A stretch of DNA of 64,000 nucleotides, taken from NCBI RefSeq assembly GCF_039939235.1, contig NZ_JBDUUF010000012.1:83774-147773 (forward strand). Reading direction: 5' to 3'. The translations under genes and the position numbers were made by a program. Within the stretch, counting starts at the first letter, position 1, and each line of letters begins with the position of its first letter. Shown in pieces: positions 63,971-64,000 of this stretch. The stretch comes from Gordonia sp. B21. Its GTDB lineage: Bacteria > Actinomycetota > Actinomycetes > Mycobacteriales > Mycobacteriaceae. The notes beneath the pieces were generated by a model. It worked only from the letters and a program-made list of their open reading frames with translations. It searched no databases and was not told the DNA's origin.

Positions 63971-64000
63971 CCCTGGGGCCGGTCTAGGCGAAGTCCTCCG

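Noticed and set aside
63200-63987. ORFs 63200..63769(+), 63558..63950(-), 63799..63987(+)
   Set aside because: They lie within the degraded ISL3 region and have no transposase similarity in those frames; noise around a frameshifted pseudogene.

Overview
High-GC actinobacterial chromosome segment (Corynebacteriales-like). Gene order from about 1 to 43 kb closely follows the Mycobacterium tuberculosis Rv2112c–Rv2139 neighbourhood: dop … mpa, trmI, a RecB-like nuclease, hisG/hisE, metH, a PAC2 protein, mshC, the SCO1664/DUF3090/phosphomutase trio, uppP, lppL-like, pyrD. Downstream come an M20 peptidase, tRNA-Leu, MscS, an M23 peptidase, a nucleoside hydrolase, an F420-type LLM oxidoreductase, meaB–mutB–mutA, and a SatD-like/DUF3307-like pair. 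From about 45.5 kb to the window end lies an ~18.5 kb composite heavy-metal resistance island that appears to have truncated an SPFH/band-7 gene at its left junction. It carries: an ars operon (arsR-ACR3-arsC x3), an ArsI/CadI-like VOC gene, a second ArsR, a frameshifted cyclase-like gene coupled to a SAM-methyltransferase, a CmtR-like regulator coupled to an SPC-motif P1B ATPase and lspA, a 5'-truncated serine recombinase, and a copper module (BNR lipoprotein, CopB-type His-rich CPH ATPase, DUF305, TAT-lipoprotein multicopper oxidase, SHOCT, OmpR/HK pair), ending in nested IS256- and ISL3-family transposase fragments. Most long ORFs in the six-frame track are N-terminally over-extended or antisense Arg-rich artefacts of high GC. 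Where stated, starts were re-placed using homolog N-termini, Shine-Dalgarno motifs and stop/start overlaps. No CRISPR array or rRNA was seen. All calls rest on reading the translations and DNA by eye; no database search was run.
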